A DNA stretch of 64,000 nucleotides from an uncultured Acidobacteriota bacterium (GTDB lineage: Bacteria > Acidobacteriota > Thermoanaerobaculia > Multivoradales > UBA5704), in NCBI GenBank assembly GCA_963752235.1, contig CAVVXL010000011.1:128599-192598 (forward strand), written 5' to 3'. A program made the translations under genes and the position numbers. The notes beneath the pieces were generated by a model, which worked only from the letters and a program-made list of their open reading frames with translations, had not been told where the DNA came from and ran no database searches. Of the stretch, positions 19,275 through 27,689 are shown one piece after another. Position 1 is the stretch's first letter; every line of letters starts with the position of its first letter.

Positions 19275-21005
19275 ATGGCCCCGATGAAGAGATCCGCGAC
19301 CGCCCTGCTGCTCGCCCTCCTCCTGCCGCCGGCGGCCGGCGCCGCCTCCGTGCCGGCGCCGGCCGGTACCGGGGGCGCGGTCGCGGCCGCCGACCCGCGG
19401 GCCGTGGAGACCGGCCTCGCGATCCTGCGCGCCGGCGGCAACGCGGTGGATGCCGCGGTGGCGACCGCGCTGGCTCTCGCGGTGGTCTATCCGGAGGCGG
19501 GGAACCTCGGCGGCGGCGGCTTCGCCGTGGTGCGCATGGGAGGGGACTTCGCGGCGTTCGATTTCCGCGAGACGGCGCCGTCTGCCGCGCGGCACGACAT
19601 GTACCTCGACGAGCAGGGAAAGCCGCTCGAGAACGCCTCGCTGGTCGGTCCCCTCGCCGCCGGGGTGCCCGGCTCCCCGGCCGGCCTCTACGCGCTGCAC
19701 CAGCGCTACGGCCGTCTCCCCTGGGCGCGGGTGGTCGCCCCGGCGCGGAGCCTGGCGGCCGACGGTTTCCGGGTCGACCGCCATCTCCACACCCTGCTCG
19801 GCCTGGCGGAGACCCGCAAGCTCCTCGGCCGCTTCCCCGAGAGCGCCGGCGTCTGGCTCCCCGGCGGCGAGCCGCCGGCGACCGGCAGCCTGCTCCGCCT
19901 CCCCGACCTCGCCGCGACCCTCGGCCGCTACGCGGAGCAGGGGCCGCAGGCGATCACCGCGGGGCCGGTCGCCGCCGCCGTCGAACGGGTGTCGAAGCAG
20001 CACGGGGGAGTCCTCACCGCCGCCGACCTCGCCGCCTACCGGCCCGCGTGGCGGCAGCCGCTCACCTTCGAGGCCTTCGGCTGGCAGCTCGTCTCGATGC
20101 CCCTCCCCTCCTCGGGCGGGGTGATCCTCGGGCAGACCCTCGGCCTGCTCGAGCGGCTCGGCTGGGGGAAGCTCCCCCGCTTCGGCGCCGACCGCGACCA
20201 CCTGCTGGCCGAGGCGCTCCGGCTCTCGTTCGCCGACCGCTACCTGCTCGGCGACCCGGCGACCACCCGGGCGACGCCGGCCCAGCTCCTCGCCCCGGAG
20301 TGGATCGCCCGGCGGGCCGCCCAGATCGACCCGCGGCATGCCACCCCCTCCTCCCGGATCAAACCGTGGCCCGACGCCGCGGCGCCTTCGGCAGCGGGCA
20401 ATCCCGGCCGTGGCGGCAGCGAGACGACCCATCTGGCGGTGGTCGACCGCGACGGTAACCTGGTCTCGCTCACCACCACCCTCAACGACCTCTTCGGCAG
20501 CGGGCTATGGGTCCCCGGGGCGGGGTTCTTCCTCAACGACGAGATGGACGACTTCGCCACCGCGCCGGACCGGCCCAACCTGTTCGGCCTCGTCCAGGGG
20601 GAGGGGAACGCCGTGGCGCCGGGCAAGCGGATGCTCTCCTCGATGGCGCCGGTGATCGCCTGGAAGGGGGCGGAGGCCTACGCCCTCGGCGGGCGCGGCG
20701 GCTCGCGGATCCCCACCAACGTCCTCCAGGTGCTGCTCAACCTGCTGGTCGACGGCGACCCTCTCCAGGCCGCGCTCGACCGCCCGCGCCTGCACCACCA
20801 GGGGCTTCCCGACCGCCTGGAGGCCGAGCCCGACGCGCTGTCGCCCGAGACCCGCGCCGAGCTCGAACGGCGCGGCCACGCGATCGAGATCACCAGCGCC
20901 ACCGCCAAGGTCCACGCCGTTCAGCTCCTCCCAGGGGGCCGGATGGCGGCGGCCTCCGACCCCCGCGGCACGGGGGCTGGAGGCGTGGTCGAGCCGGAGC
21001 GGTAG
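19275..21005 (+). CDS. ggt: gamma-glutamyltranspeptidase
   Basis: Signal peptide, AGGNAVDAAVA, GNLGGGGF, and the autoprocessing site GGSETTHLAVVDRDGN. Confidence 0.9.
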   Translation: MAPMKRSATALLLALLLPPAAGAASVPAPAGTGGAVAAADPRAVETGLAILRAGGNAVDAAVATALALAVVYPEAGNLGGGGFAVVRMGGDFAAFDFRETAPSAARHDMYLDEQGKPLENASLVGPLAAGVPGSPAGLYALHQRYGRLPWARVVAPARSLAADGFRVDRHLHTLLGLAETRKLLGRFPESAGVWLPGGEPPATGSLLRLPDLAATLGRYAEQGPQAITAGPVAAAVERVSKQHGGVLTAADLAAYRPAWRQPLTFEAFGWQLVSMPLPSSGGVILGQTLGLLERLGWGKLPRFGADRDHLLAEALRLSFADRYLLGDPATTRATPAQLLAPEWIARRAAQIDPRHATPSSRIKPWPDAAAPSAAGNPGRGGSETTHLAVVDRDGNLVSLTTTLNDLFGSGLWVPGAGFFLNDEMDDFATAPDRPNLFGLVQGEGNAVAPGKRMLSSMAPVIAWKGAEAYALGGRGGSRIPTNVLQVLLNLLVDGDPLQAALDRPRLHHQGLPDRLEAEPDALSPETRAELERRGHAIEITSATAKVHAVQLLPGGRMAAASDPRGTGAGGVVEPER

Positions 21006-21071
21006 GCACCCGCGGCCCGCCGGCCCGCCGGCCCGCCGGGGTATAGACTGGGCTCCAGGAGGGCTCGAACC

Positions 21072-22256
21072 ATGTTCAGCCTGCGGAGCTCCACCCCAGT
21101 CGTCCTCAAGGTAACCCTCGCCGTGGCGGCGATCACGGTCACCGTCACCGCCGCCGCCGCCCAACAGCCCCCGCAGTTCTCCGAGCAGCTCACCGTCCGC
21201 GAGCGGCCGATCCTGGTCAGCCTGCCCGGCAACCTGGCGAACGCACGTCTCCAGTCCGGCGACTTCCAGGTGCTGGTCGACGGCCAGCCGCGGGAGGTGA
21301 CGCGGGCCGAGCCGCTCTCCGCCCCCGGCGGGGCGCCGTGGACGATCGTGGTCTACGTCGACGAGGTGCTGGCGAGCCCCGCCACCCTCTTCGCCTCGGA
21401 GGTGGCGCTGGCCGGCCATGCCCGGGAGCTCTCCCGGCTGGGGAGTGTCGAGGTGGTGACCGCGGCCGGCCCGGCTCCCCGGATCGTGCTCCCCGCGACT
21501 CTCGAGGCGCGGGCCGTCGAGGGGAAGCTCGCGAGCCTCGGCTCGGCGGCGCGGATCGAGCGCGACCGCTCGAGCGGAAAAAAGCGCGCTGCACCCGCCG
21601 CGGACCAGGTCGGCCGGCAGGTCGACGCGCTCCTCGCCTTCCTGGCCGCCCACCCCGCGAGCGGACCGCGCCTCCTCTTCCTGATCGCCGACGGCATGGA
21701 CCTGCCGGCGGACCAGGTGGCGGTCCTCGCCAGCAAGCCGGCAATGCGGATGCCGGCAATGCCACCGCCGCGCCGGAGGCAAGCCCGGCGAGGCGACCCG
21801 GCGGTCACTTTTCGCCACGCCGCCCGCATCCTGGCGGCGCAGGGATGGACCGTCGTCCCGCTGGCGGTGCGTCCCGAGAGCCCGGGAAACCCGACCATGC
21901 CGCGCACCAACCTCGAGCTCTTCCGCGAGTCGGCAAACCCATCGGGGCATGCCAACGGCCCGCCGCCCGACCTCCCTCCGCACGCGCGCAAGACGACCCC
22001 GCTCTCCTATTCCGGGGTGATCGACCTGGCGAGCGAGCCGCGCATGGCGATCCTCCACACTCTCGCCGAGGCCACGGCGGGCACCGTGGTGGGCTTCGAG
22101 GTCCAGCTCGCAGCCCTGCTCGCGGAGCTGCCGCACCGCTGGACGATCTGGATCACGGTGCCTGAGACGAAAGAGGGCGCCGGGGACCTGCACACGCTGA
22201 CGGTGAAGCTGCCCGGCCGGCAGACCGACGCGCGGGCGCCGGCGTGGGTGCTCTAG
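21072..22256 (+). CDS. secreted VWFA-related (TIGR03436-like) protein
   Basis: Signal peptide, then F-x-E-x-V...DF-V-VDGQPREV, a pattern resembling the acidobacterial VWFA-related domain. Assigned from memory. Confidence 0.5.
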   Translation: MFSLRSSTPVVLKVTLAVAAITVTVTAAAAQQPPQFSEQLTVRERPILVSLPGNLANARLQSGDFQVLVDGQPREVTRAEPLSAPGGAPWTIVVYVDEVLASPATLFASEVALAGHARELSRLGSVEVVTAAGPAPRIVLPATLEARAVEGKLASLGSAARIERDRSSGKKRAAPAADQVGRQVDALLAFLAAHPASGPRLLFLIADGMDLPADQVAVLASKPAMRMPAMPPPRRRQARRGDPAVTFRHAARILAAQGWTVVPLAVRPESPGNPTMPRTNLELFRESANPSGHANGPPPDLPPHARKTTPLSYSGVIDLASEPRMAILHTLAEATAGTVVGFEVQLAALLAELPHRWTIWITVPETKEGAGDLHTLTVKLPGRQTDARAPAWVL

Positions 22257-22268
22257 AACGGCGCCCTC

Positions 22269-25200
22269 CTATCCGGCCGCGCGCAGCTCCTCGGCCGCAT
22301 GATCGAGGACCATGCGCACGGTCTCTCCCAGGGTCTGCGCGGAGAACGGCTTCTGCAGCGAGACGGGCGCCTCCGGCCCGCCGTCGGAGAGTAGCTCCTC
22401 GTTGTAACCCGAGATGAAGACCACCCGCGTCATCGGGCGCTCGGCGCGCAGCCTCCGGGCGAGCTCCGATCCCTTCATCTCCGGCATGGTGACGTCGGTG
22501 AGCAGCAGCTGGATCGAGCCGCGGTGGAGGCGCGAGATGACCAGCGCCTCCTCGCCCGACCCCGCCTGGAGCACCCGATACCCGCGGCTGACCAGGATCT
22601 GGTGCAGCACGGCGCGCACCTCCTCCTCGTCCTCGACCAGCAGGATCGTCTCCGACCCGCGGTCCGAGGCGCTGGCCGGCACCCCGCCGCGGGCCCCTTC
22701 GCTCTCCTGGGTGACCGGCAGATAGACCGAGAAGGTGGCCCCCTCCCCCGGCGCGCTGTTGACGAAGATCTGGCCGCCGCTCTGGCGCACGATGCCGTAG
22801 GCGGTCGACAGGCCGAGCCCCGTCCCCTCCCCCTTGGTGCTGAAGAACGGCTCGAAGACGCGCCCTTGCGTGACCGTGTCCATGCCGACGCCGGTGTCGG
22901 TCACCGTCAGCAGGACGTAGGAGCCCGGCAGGACGTCCGCGTGGGGGGCCGCCGGACCGTCCGCACCGTCGGCGACAATCTCGAGCGGCACGGTACGCAG
23001 GTTGAGGCGGCCGCCGGTCGGCATCGCGTGGCGGGCGTTGACGGCGAGATTGACGATCACCTGCTCGAGCTGCCCCGGGTCGATCTTGACCTTGCCGAGC
23101 TCGGGGTGGAGGTTGGTGGCCAGGTGGATGTCCTCGCCGAGCAGCCGCTGGAGCATCTTCTCGAGCCCCGAGACCACCCCGTTGAGGTTCATCACCCGGG
23201 TCTCCATCGGCTGCCGGCGGGCGAAGGCGAGGAGCTGCTTGGTGAGCGCCGCCGCGCGCTGCCCCGCCTCCTTGATGCCGGTCAGGTTGCGGGTGAGGAA
23301 GGCGTCCTCCTCGTAGCGCTCGAGCAGCAGGTCGCTGTAGCCGAAGATGGCGAGCAGGCAGTTGTTGAAGTCGTGGGCGACGCCGGCCGAGAGGCGGCCG
23401 ATCGCCTCCATCTTCTGCGAATGGAGGAGCTGGCGCTGGAGCGTCTTGTTCTCGGCCTCGTCGCGCTTGCGCTGCGCGATGTCGCGGATGGCGACCACCG
23501 AGACCTCCTCGCCCTGGAAGAGGTAGCGCTTGCCGGCGATCTCGAGGTCCACCGTCGAGCCGTCGCTCTTGAAGCCGACGCTCTCGCGGGGGACGCCCGC
23601 GAGGTCGACCTCGTCGGCGACCAGGTCGGAGAGCCGGCGGCCGAGGATCTCGTCCGGGTCGCGGCCGAAGATGGCGAGCAGCGCGTGGTTGACCTCGAGC
23701 ACCACGCCGTTGCGGACGATGGCGATCCCTTCGAGGGTGGCCTCGAAGAGGGTGCGGAAGCGCTCCTCGCTGCGCCGGATCTCCTCCTCGGCGGCCTTGC
23801 GCTGGGCGATCTCCTGCTGCGCCTTGTCATAGAGGCGAACGTTCTCGGCCATCGGGGCGATCTGGTTGGCGACGGTCGACAGCAGGTGGATGTCGCTCGC
23901 CGGGAAAAAATCGTCCGGGTCGCGCCGGCCGATCAGCCAGACGCCGACGGTCTGCGCCTGCACGATGAGCGGGATCACCAGCCGCACCCAGGAGAGCGTG
24001 GGATCGGCGGGGCCCTGCGGCAGGTAGCGGCCGCTCTGCGCGAGCAGGGCCTGCAGCGCCTCGCGCGCCGGCTCCGGCCCGCCGCCCGGCACCGCCTGCT
24101 CGTAGAGGGTCTCCCGGCGCCCCTCCGCGAAGAGATAGAGCGCGGACTGGCGGATCAGCAGGGTGGGCAGGATCTCCTCGGCGACCACCCGCCCGAGGAC
24201 CTCGCGGTCGAAGGCGGTGGGAATCCGCTCCGAGACGATGCCGATCACCTCCTCCGCCGTGTGCTTGATGCCGAAGACGTAGCGGTCGACCAGCGCCTGG
24301 AAGCGGTCGCGCAGCAGCGGCACCGCCGCCATGTAGGCGAGGGAGACCGCGAGCAGCGTCGCCAGGAAGTCGCCGGTGATCTGTTTCCAGTGACTGCAGA
24401 TGGCGAAGAAAACGATCGTGTACGACGAGAACAGGATCGCCGAGAAGGTGTAGATGCCGAGGAAGCGGTTGGCCCGCAGCTCGAGGGCGCCGAGGCGATG
24501 CTTGTAGATGGCATAGAGGTAGCTCATCGGCAGGATCGGGATCGACGTCGCCGAGATGCCGAGCATGAAGGGGTAGAAATTGCGGAAGTCCTGGGCAACG
24601 TGGCGGAACCAGGCGAGCAGCACCCCGTGGAAGACCACGAAGGGGACCAGCCCGAGGGTCACGCCGAACAGCATGATGCGCACCGCCACCTTGGTGGCCG
24701 GGTCGACCGGCAGGAAGAGCCGGACGAGGAGCAGCATCAGGGAGAGCAGGACGCCCGCCAGCGCATACCAGACGAACGAGTATTCGAGCTTCTGGAGCAG
24801 CAGGAAGAAATCGAGAACGGACAGCGTGAGCGCGACGCCGTAGAAGAAGACCTGCCCCACCCGCTGCACCCGCTTGCCGAGCAGATCGCTGGGCAGGATG
24901 GTGTGCAGGTGCAGCGAGAGCGGCAGGGAGAACCAGATCACGACGTGGAACAGGAAGGCGGCGCCCGCGGTGCGGGCCGCGAACCCCGACGAGATCCAGA
25001 GAGCGGTCACGTAGCTGAACAGGATCAGAACCAGCCAGCGTTCGTCGCGGGGGCGCAGGAAGATGATGACGACCGTCCCCATCAGCCAGAAGACGAGGGG
25101 CGAGAACATGTCGTAGAGGAGCTGCGAGATCTCGACACGCATCCCGCGGAGGCGGATGTCGCGTTCGAACGTCCGGCCGTCGCGGATGAAACGGATCGGG

Positions 25201-25502
25201 GCCGTCCCGTGCTTGCCGAACAGCCCGGGAACCGACAGATGGCGATCGTGGACGAAGTTCTGGAAATCGACCCCGCGGATCGAGATCACCTGATCGCCCA
25301 CCGTGAGGCAGCCCCCCGGCGGCCCGACGCACGGATAGGCCGAGACGACCTTCCAGTCGGTCGAGCTCAGCGTAAAGCCGAGATCGGGAAAGGCAGCGAC
25401 GTACGAATAGTAGACGCAGGGGAGGAGGACGAGCAGCGAGACGAGGACCAGCAGGAGGTCCAGCGCCTTCCAGGAGGAGGAGGAGGAGTGTCGGGTATCC
25501 AT
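22269..25502 (-). CDS. polytopic hybrid sensor histidine kinase: TM1, PDZ-like domain, ~9 TM, GAF, PAS, HisKA, HATPase, REC
   Basis: VGDQVISIRGVDF...IRFIRDGRTFERDIRL (PDZ-like). H-box AGVAHDFNN. G-boxes DTGVGM and GTGLGLS. REC: ILLVEDEEEV...LLLTDVTMPEMKG. Confidence 0.9.
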   Translation of the reverse strand: MDTRHSSSSSWKALDLLLVLVSLLVLLPCVYYSYVAAFPDLGFTLSSTDWKVVSAYPCVGPPGGCLTVGDQVISIRGVDFQNFVHDRHLSVPGLFGKHGTAPIRFIRDGRTFERDIRLRGMRVEISQLLYDMFSPLVFWLMGTVVIIFLRPRDERWLVLILFSYVTALWISSGFAARTAGAAFLFHVVIWFSLPLSLHLHTILPSDLLGKRVQRVGQVFFYGVALTLSVLDFFLLLQKLEYSFVWYALAGVLLSLMLLLVRLFLPVDPATKVAVRIMLFGVTLGLVPFVVFHGVLLAWFRHVAQDFRNFYPFMLGISATSIPILPMSYLYAIYKHRLGALELRANRFLGIYTFSAILFSSYTIVFFAICSHWKQITGDFLATLLAVSLAYMAAVPLLRDRFQALVDRYVFGIKHTAEEVIGIVSERIPTAFDREVLGRVVAEEILPTLLIRQSALYLFAEGRRETLYEQAVPGGGPEPAREALQALLAQSGRYLPQGPADPTLSWVRLVIPLIVQAQTVGVWLIGRRDPDDFFPASDIHLLSTVANQIAPMAENVRLYDKAQQEIAQRKAAEEEIRRSEERFRTLFEATLEGIAIVRNGVVLEVNHALLAIFGRDPDEILGRRLSDLVADEVDLAGVPRESVGFKSDGSTVDLEIAGKRYLFQGEEVSVVAIRDIAQRKRDEAENKTLQRQLLHSQKMEAIGRLSAGVAHDFNNCLLAIFGYSDLLLERYEEDAFLTRNLTGIKEAGQRAAALTKQLLAFARRQPMETRVMNLNGVVSGLEKMLQRLLGEDIHLATNLHPELGKVKIDPGQLEQVIVNLAVNARHAMPTGGRLNLRTVPLEIVADGADGPAAPHADVLPGSYVLLTVTDTGVGMDTVTQGRVFEPFFSTKGEGTGLGLSTAYGIVRQSGGQIFVNSAPGEGATFSVYLPVTQESEGARGGVPASASDRGSETILLVEDEEEVRAVLHQILVSRGYRVLQAGSGEEALVISRLHRGSIQLLLTDVTMPEMKGSELARRLRAERPMTRVVFISGYNEELLSDGGPEAPVSLQKPFSAQTLGETVRMVLDHAAEELRAAG

Positions 25503-25588
25503 GTCCGAAGCGATGCCGGAAGCGCCACCGGCGCTTCTTCGCCGTCCTGCACCACCGTCGTTTCCGCGCCTAAAGGTTCAAGGCGCCC

Positions 25589-25618
25589 TTTATAGCAGGC
25601 TTCACCGGCTGCGGTCCA
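25589..25618 (-). promoter_or_regulatory. promoter candidate for the kinase gene (TGGACC-N18-TATAAA on the minus strand)
   Basis: Hexamers read directly, about 90 nt upstream of the kinase start. Confidence 0.2.
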
Positions 25619-25641
25619 CTTGGGGTGGGAGCGAGGCGACC

Positions 25642-25679
25642 CGCGAGCCCCCGGTCTCTCGACCTCCGGGGGCCTCGCG
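25642..25679 (-). terminator. GC-rich hairpin ~45 nt downstream of pepA (possible attenuator/terminator before the kinase)
   Basis: CGCGAGCCCCCGG-N11-CCGGGGGCCTCGCG, one bulge, no U-tract. Confidence 0.35.
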
Positions 25680-25722
25680 GACGCCGGCGGCGACCGTCCG
25701 GCCGAATCCCGGCCTTCCGCAA

Positions 25723-25917
25723 TCAAGCGTGGGCGATTCCAATGCCCGAGCCCGTAGGATCGGCAGGATCGTTGACGGGAGGCCACTCCGACCATCCGGG
25801 CGACGCGTTCGCCAGCATCGCCTTCCTGTCGAGCTCACCCACACGGCGCAGGATCTGGAACAGGAAGCTGGTCTCATTCTTGGCCGCAAAACGGGTACCG
25901 AATTCACTCATTGACAT
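25723..25917 (-). CDS. 64-aa candidate precursor peptide pepA (MSMSEFGTRFAAKNETSFLFQILRRVGELDRKAMLANASPGWSEWPPVNDPADPTGSGIGIAHA)
   Basis: GGGAGGG sits 7 nt before the ATG. It is a paralogue of pepB (same length, shared leader, WxxWPP box) and lies between the prenyl-synthase-like gene and the kinase. Confidence 0.7.
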   Translation of the reverse strand: MSMSEFGTRFAAKNETSFLFQILRRVGELDRKAMLANASPGWSEWPPVNDPADPTGSGIGIAHA

Positions 25918-26262
25918 GATAGATCCCTCCCGGTTAAAGCTTTCAACCCATTCAAGGTTTGAGTGTCGATGGACGGAAATCCACGGGGTTTCGCGCTTCC
26001 GGGCGGGGCGCGCGCCGGCCCGCGTGCCGCCATCACCGGCCTGACGGAGCGCGAGCGCCAGGAAATTTGGCGAGCTCGGGGCGAGGAAATCGGATTCGCA
26101 GGAAGATTCTCGTTCAGCCGGGCCGGCTGGAGAAGCTTGACTGCGCTGCTCAACGTATCCCGACAGAACGTGAGCATTTCAAAAACTCCTAGAGCATCTG
26201 CGGCGGAGCGCCGGAGACGCTTGAAGTATAAGCCGCGACGAGATCCGGACTCGAACCTCGCC

Positions 26263-27216
26263 TCAGTGGAGCGCCAGCATCGAGGGATCCTCGACGCCGA
26301 CCCTTTCCAGCAATCGATACAACGGCCGCGTATGCACTTCGATCAGCTGTTCGACCGGTTCCGAATACCGCAACGGTATCCCGGCGAACACCCGCTGCAA
26401 TTCATGCGAGAGCTCGACCAGCTTGAGCGTGCAATAGCTGACCGCGCCGCTGCGGAAGAGAATCCTCTGCGCCGCGGCGAGCGCTTCCGGATCTTCGACC
26501 CGCGCGGAAAGCCGCACGAAATCCTCCTGCTCGGCGTGCCCCGCGGTCATCGCGTAAAGCAGCGGCAGGCTGTTCGACCGCCGCTGCCAGTCAGCGCGCG
26601 CCGGCGTTTCGAGCGCGTCCGTGAGGTCGTCGCTGACCTGGATGAAACGGCCGAGAGCGCGCCCCAGAAGGGCGAGCTGTCCGGCCGCCTGGGGCGCCGC
26701 GCCGCCGAGCAGCGCGCCCATGCGCAACGCCTCGCCGAACAGCGGCGGAGTCTTGCTCTCGACCACCTGCCAGTATTCCCGTTCGTTCGCCAGCTCCCGC
26801 GCGTCGAGGTGCTGCCCGTAGCAGGTGGCGATCGACATCTCAGCGAAGCTCGCCTGCACCGCCGTACGGACCGCCGCGGGCGCCTCGGCCTGCTCGAGCA
26901 GCAGGTGGCCCGCGGCCTGGAACGCCAGCCCCAGGTTCGCCGCGCGCCCCGCTCCGATCAGGTGGTAGTCGCCCAGCGGGTCCTCGTCCAACATGTCGTC
27001 CACCAGATGGATGCTGATCACCGAGCAGAGCACCGCCGCCGCCGCGGGAAGCGCCGCCTCCTCCGTGCCGCCCACCGCCAGGGAAGCGGTTACCGGGTGC
27101 TCCCAGACCGAGATCGCATCCTTGTGGGTGACCCGTTCGACCACCTCCTGCATCAAGGGCCAGGAGGCCGCCATGGGCAATTTGTTAATTCTCGATTTTA
27201 ATTCATTAAATCGCAC
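26263..27216 (-). CDS. polyprenyl-synthase-fold protein, ComQ-like candidate peptide prenyltransferase
   Basis: FARM-like IHLVDDMLDED, SARM-like IQVSDDLTD, ESKTPPLF. No GGKRxR or RRG motifs. GTG start with GAGGGAG 7 nt upstream. Confidence 0.85.
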   Translation of the reverse strand: MRFNELKSRINKLPMAASWPLMQEVVERVTHKDAISVWEHPVTASLAVGGTEEAALPAAAAVLCSVISIHLVDDMLDEDPLGDYHLIGAGRAANLGLAFQAAGHLLLEQAEAPAAVRTAVQASFAEMSIATCYGQHLDARELANEREYWQVVESKTPPLFGEALRMGALLGGAAPQAAGQLALLGRALGRFIQVSDDLTDALETPARADWQRRSNSLPLLYAMTAGHAEQEDFVRLSARVEDPEALAAAQRILFRSGAVSYCTLKLVELSHELQRVFAGIPLRYSEPVEQLIEVHTRPLYRLLERVGVEDPSMLALH

Positions 27217-27250
27217 CGCAAAAACTCCCTCTTTGCGAAATCATTTAGAA

Positions 27251-27282
27251 CGGCCCCGGAAGGAATCGCCTCCCGGGAGCCG
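27251..27282 (-). terminator. hairpin downstream of pepB (9-bp stem with a bulged A)
   Basis: CGGCCCCGG-N13-CCGGGAGCCG, read directly; 77-108 nt after the pepB stop. Confidence 0.25.
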
Positions 27283-27358
27283 GCCACTTCTTGACGATCA
27301 GCATAAAACCGCAGGACGACAAATAAGCAGATTTCATGCCGATGAGCAGTCGAACCCT

Positions 27359-27553
27359 TTAGGCTTGCATGGCGAGCGAAAGGGCGCCATCACCGGCCGG
27401 CGGCCACGCGCCCCAGTCGACCAGGATGTTGTCGGTTCCTTCCGCCAGCATGGCGCGGACATCCTCGACTAGGCTCAGATTCCGCAGCGCCTGGAAAAGA
27501 TGGCCTTCTTCACGTTTGGACGTCAGCTTCGAATAGAAATCATGGATCTGCAT
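27359..27553 (-). CDS. 64-aa candidate precursor peptide pepB (MQIHDFYSKLTSKREEGHLFQALRNLSLVEDVRAMLAEGTDNILVDWGAWPPAGDGALSLAMQA)
   Basis: Internal ATG of ORF 27359..27601, with GGGGAGAG 7 nt upstream. Paralogue of pepA. Confidence 0.7.
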   Translation of the reverse strand: MQIHDFYSKLTSKREEGHLFQALRNLSLVEDVRAMLAEGTDNILVDWGAWPPAGDGALSLAMQA

Positions 27554-27689
27554 GGCGTAGCTCTCCCCTCTTGGAGGGATGTAGGTCCCCCCGACAAACA
27601 ACGTTTATGGGTTTACTGCTTACAACTACGAAATGAGCTTGATGAGGTCGTCAGGCGGGATCAGCAGGCATCTCGGAATCTCCCCATAG

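Noticed and set aside
25908-26177. 89-aa minus-strand ORF between the prenyl gene and pepA (MLTFCRDTLSSAVKLLQPARLNENLPANPISS...)
   Set aside because: It has an SD-like AGGAG 8 nt upstream. However, its central part is Arg/Ser/Pro-rich (RSRSVRPVMAARGPARAPPGSAKPRG), it overlaps the pepA start, and no paralogue or motif supports it. It is left unannotated but should be rechecked with Ribo-seq.
26244-26256. tRNA gene suggested by GGTTCGAGTCCGG (minus strand)
   Set aside because: Only the T-loop consensus is present. The flanking bases do not form a T-stem, acceptor or anticodon arm, and the sequence abuts the stop of a protein gene.
25963-27201. 412-aa plus-strand ORF
   Set aside because: It is antisense to the prenyl-synthase-like gene. 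Apart from a short HTH-like stretch at its start (reported as a low-interest finding), its composition is off-frame-like.
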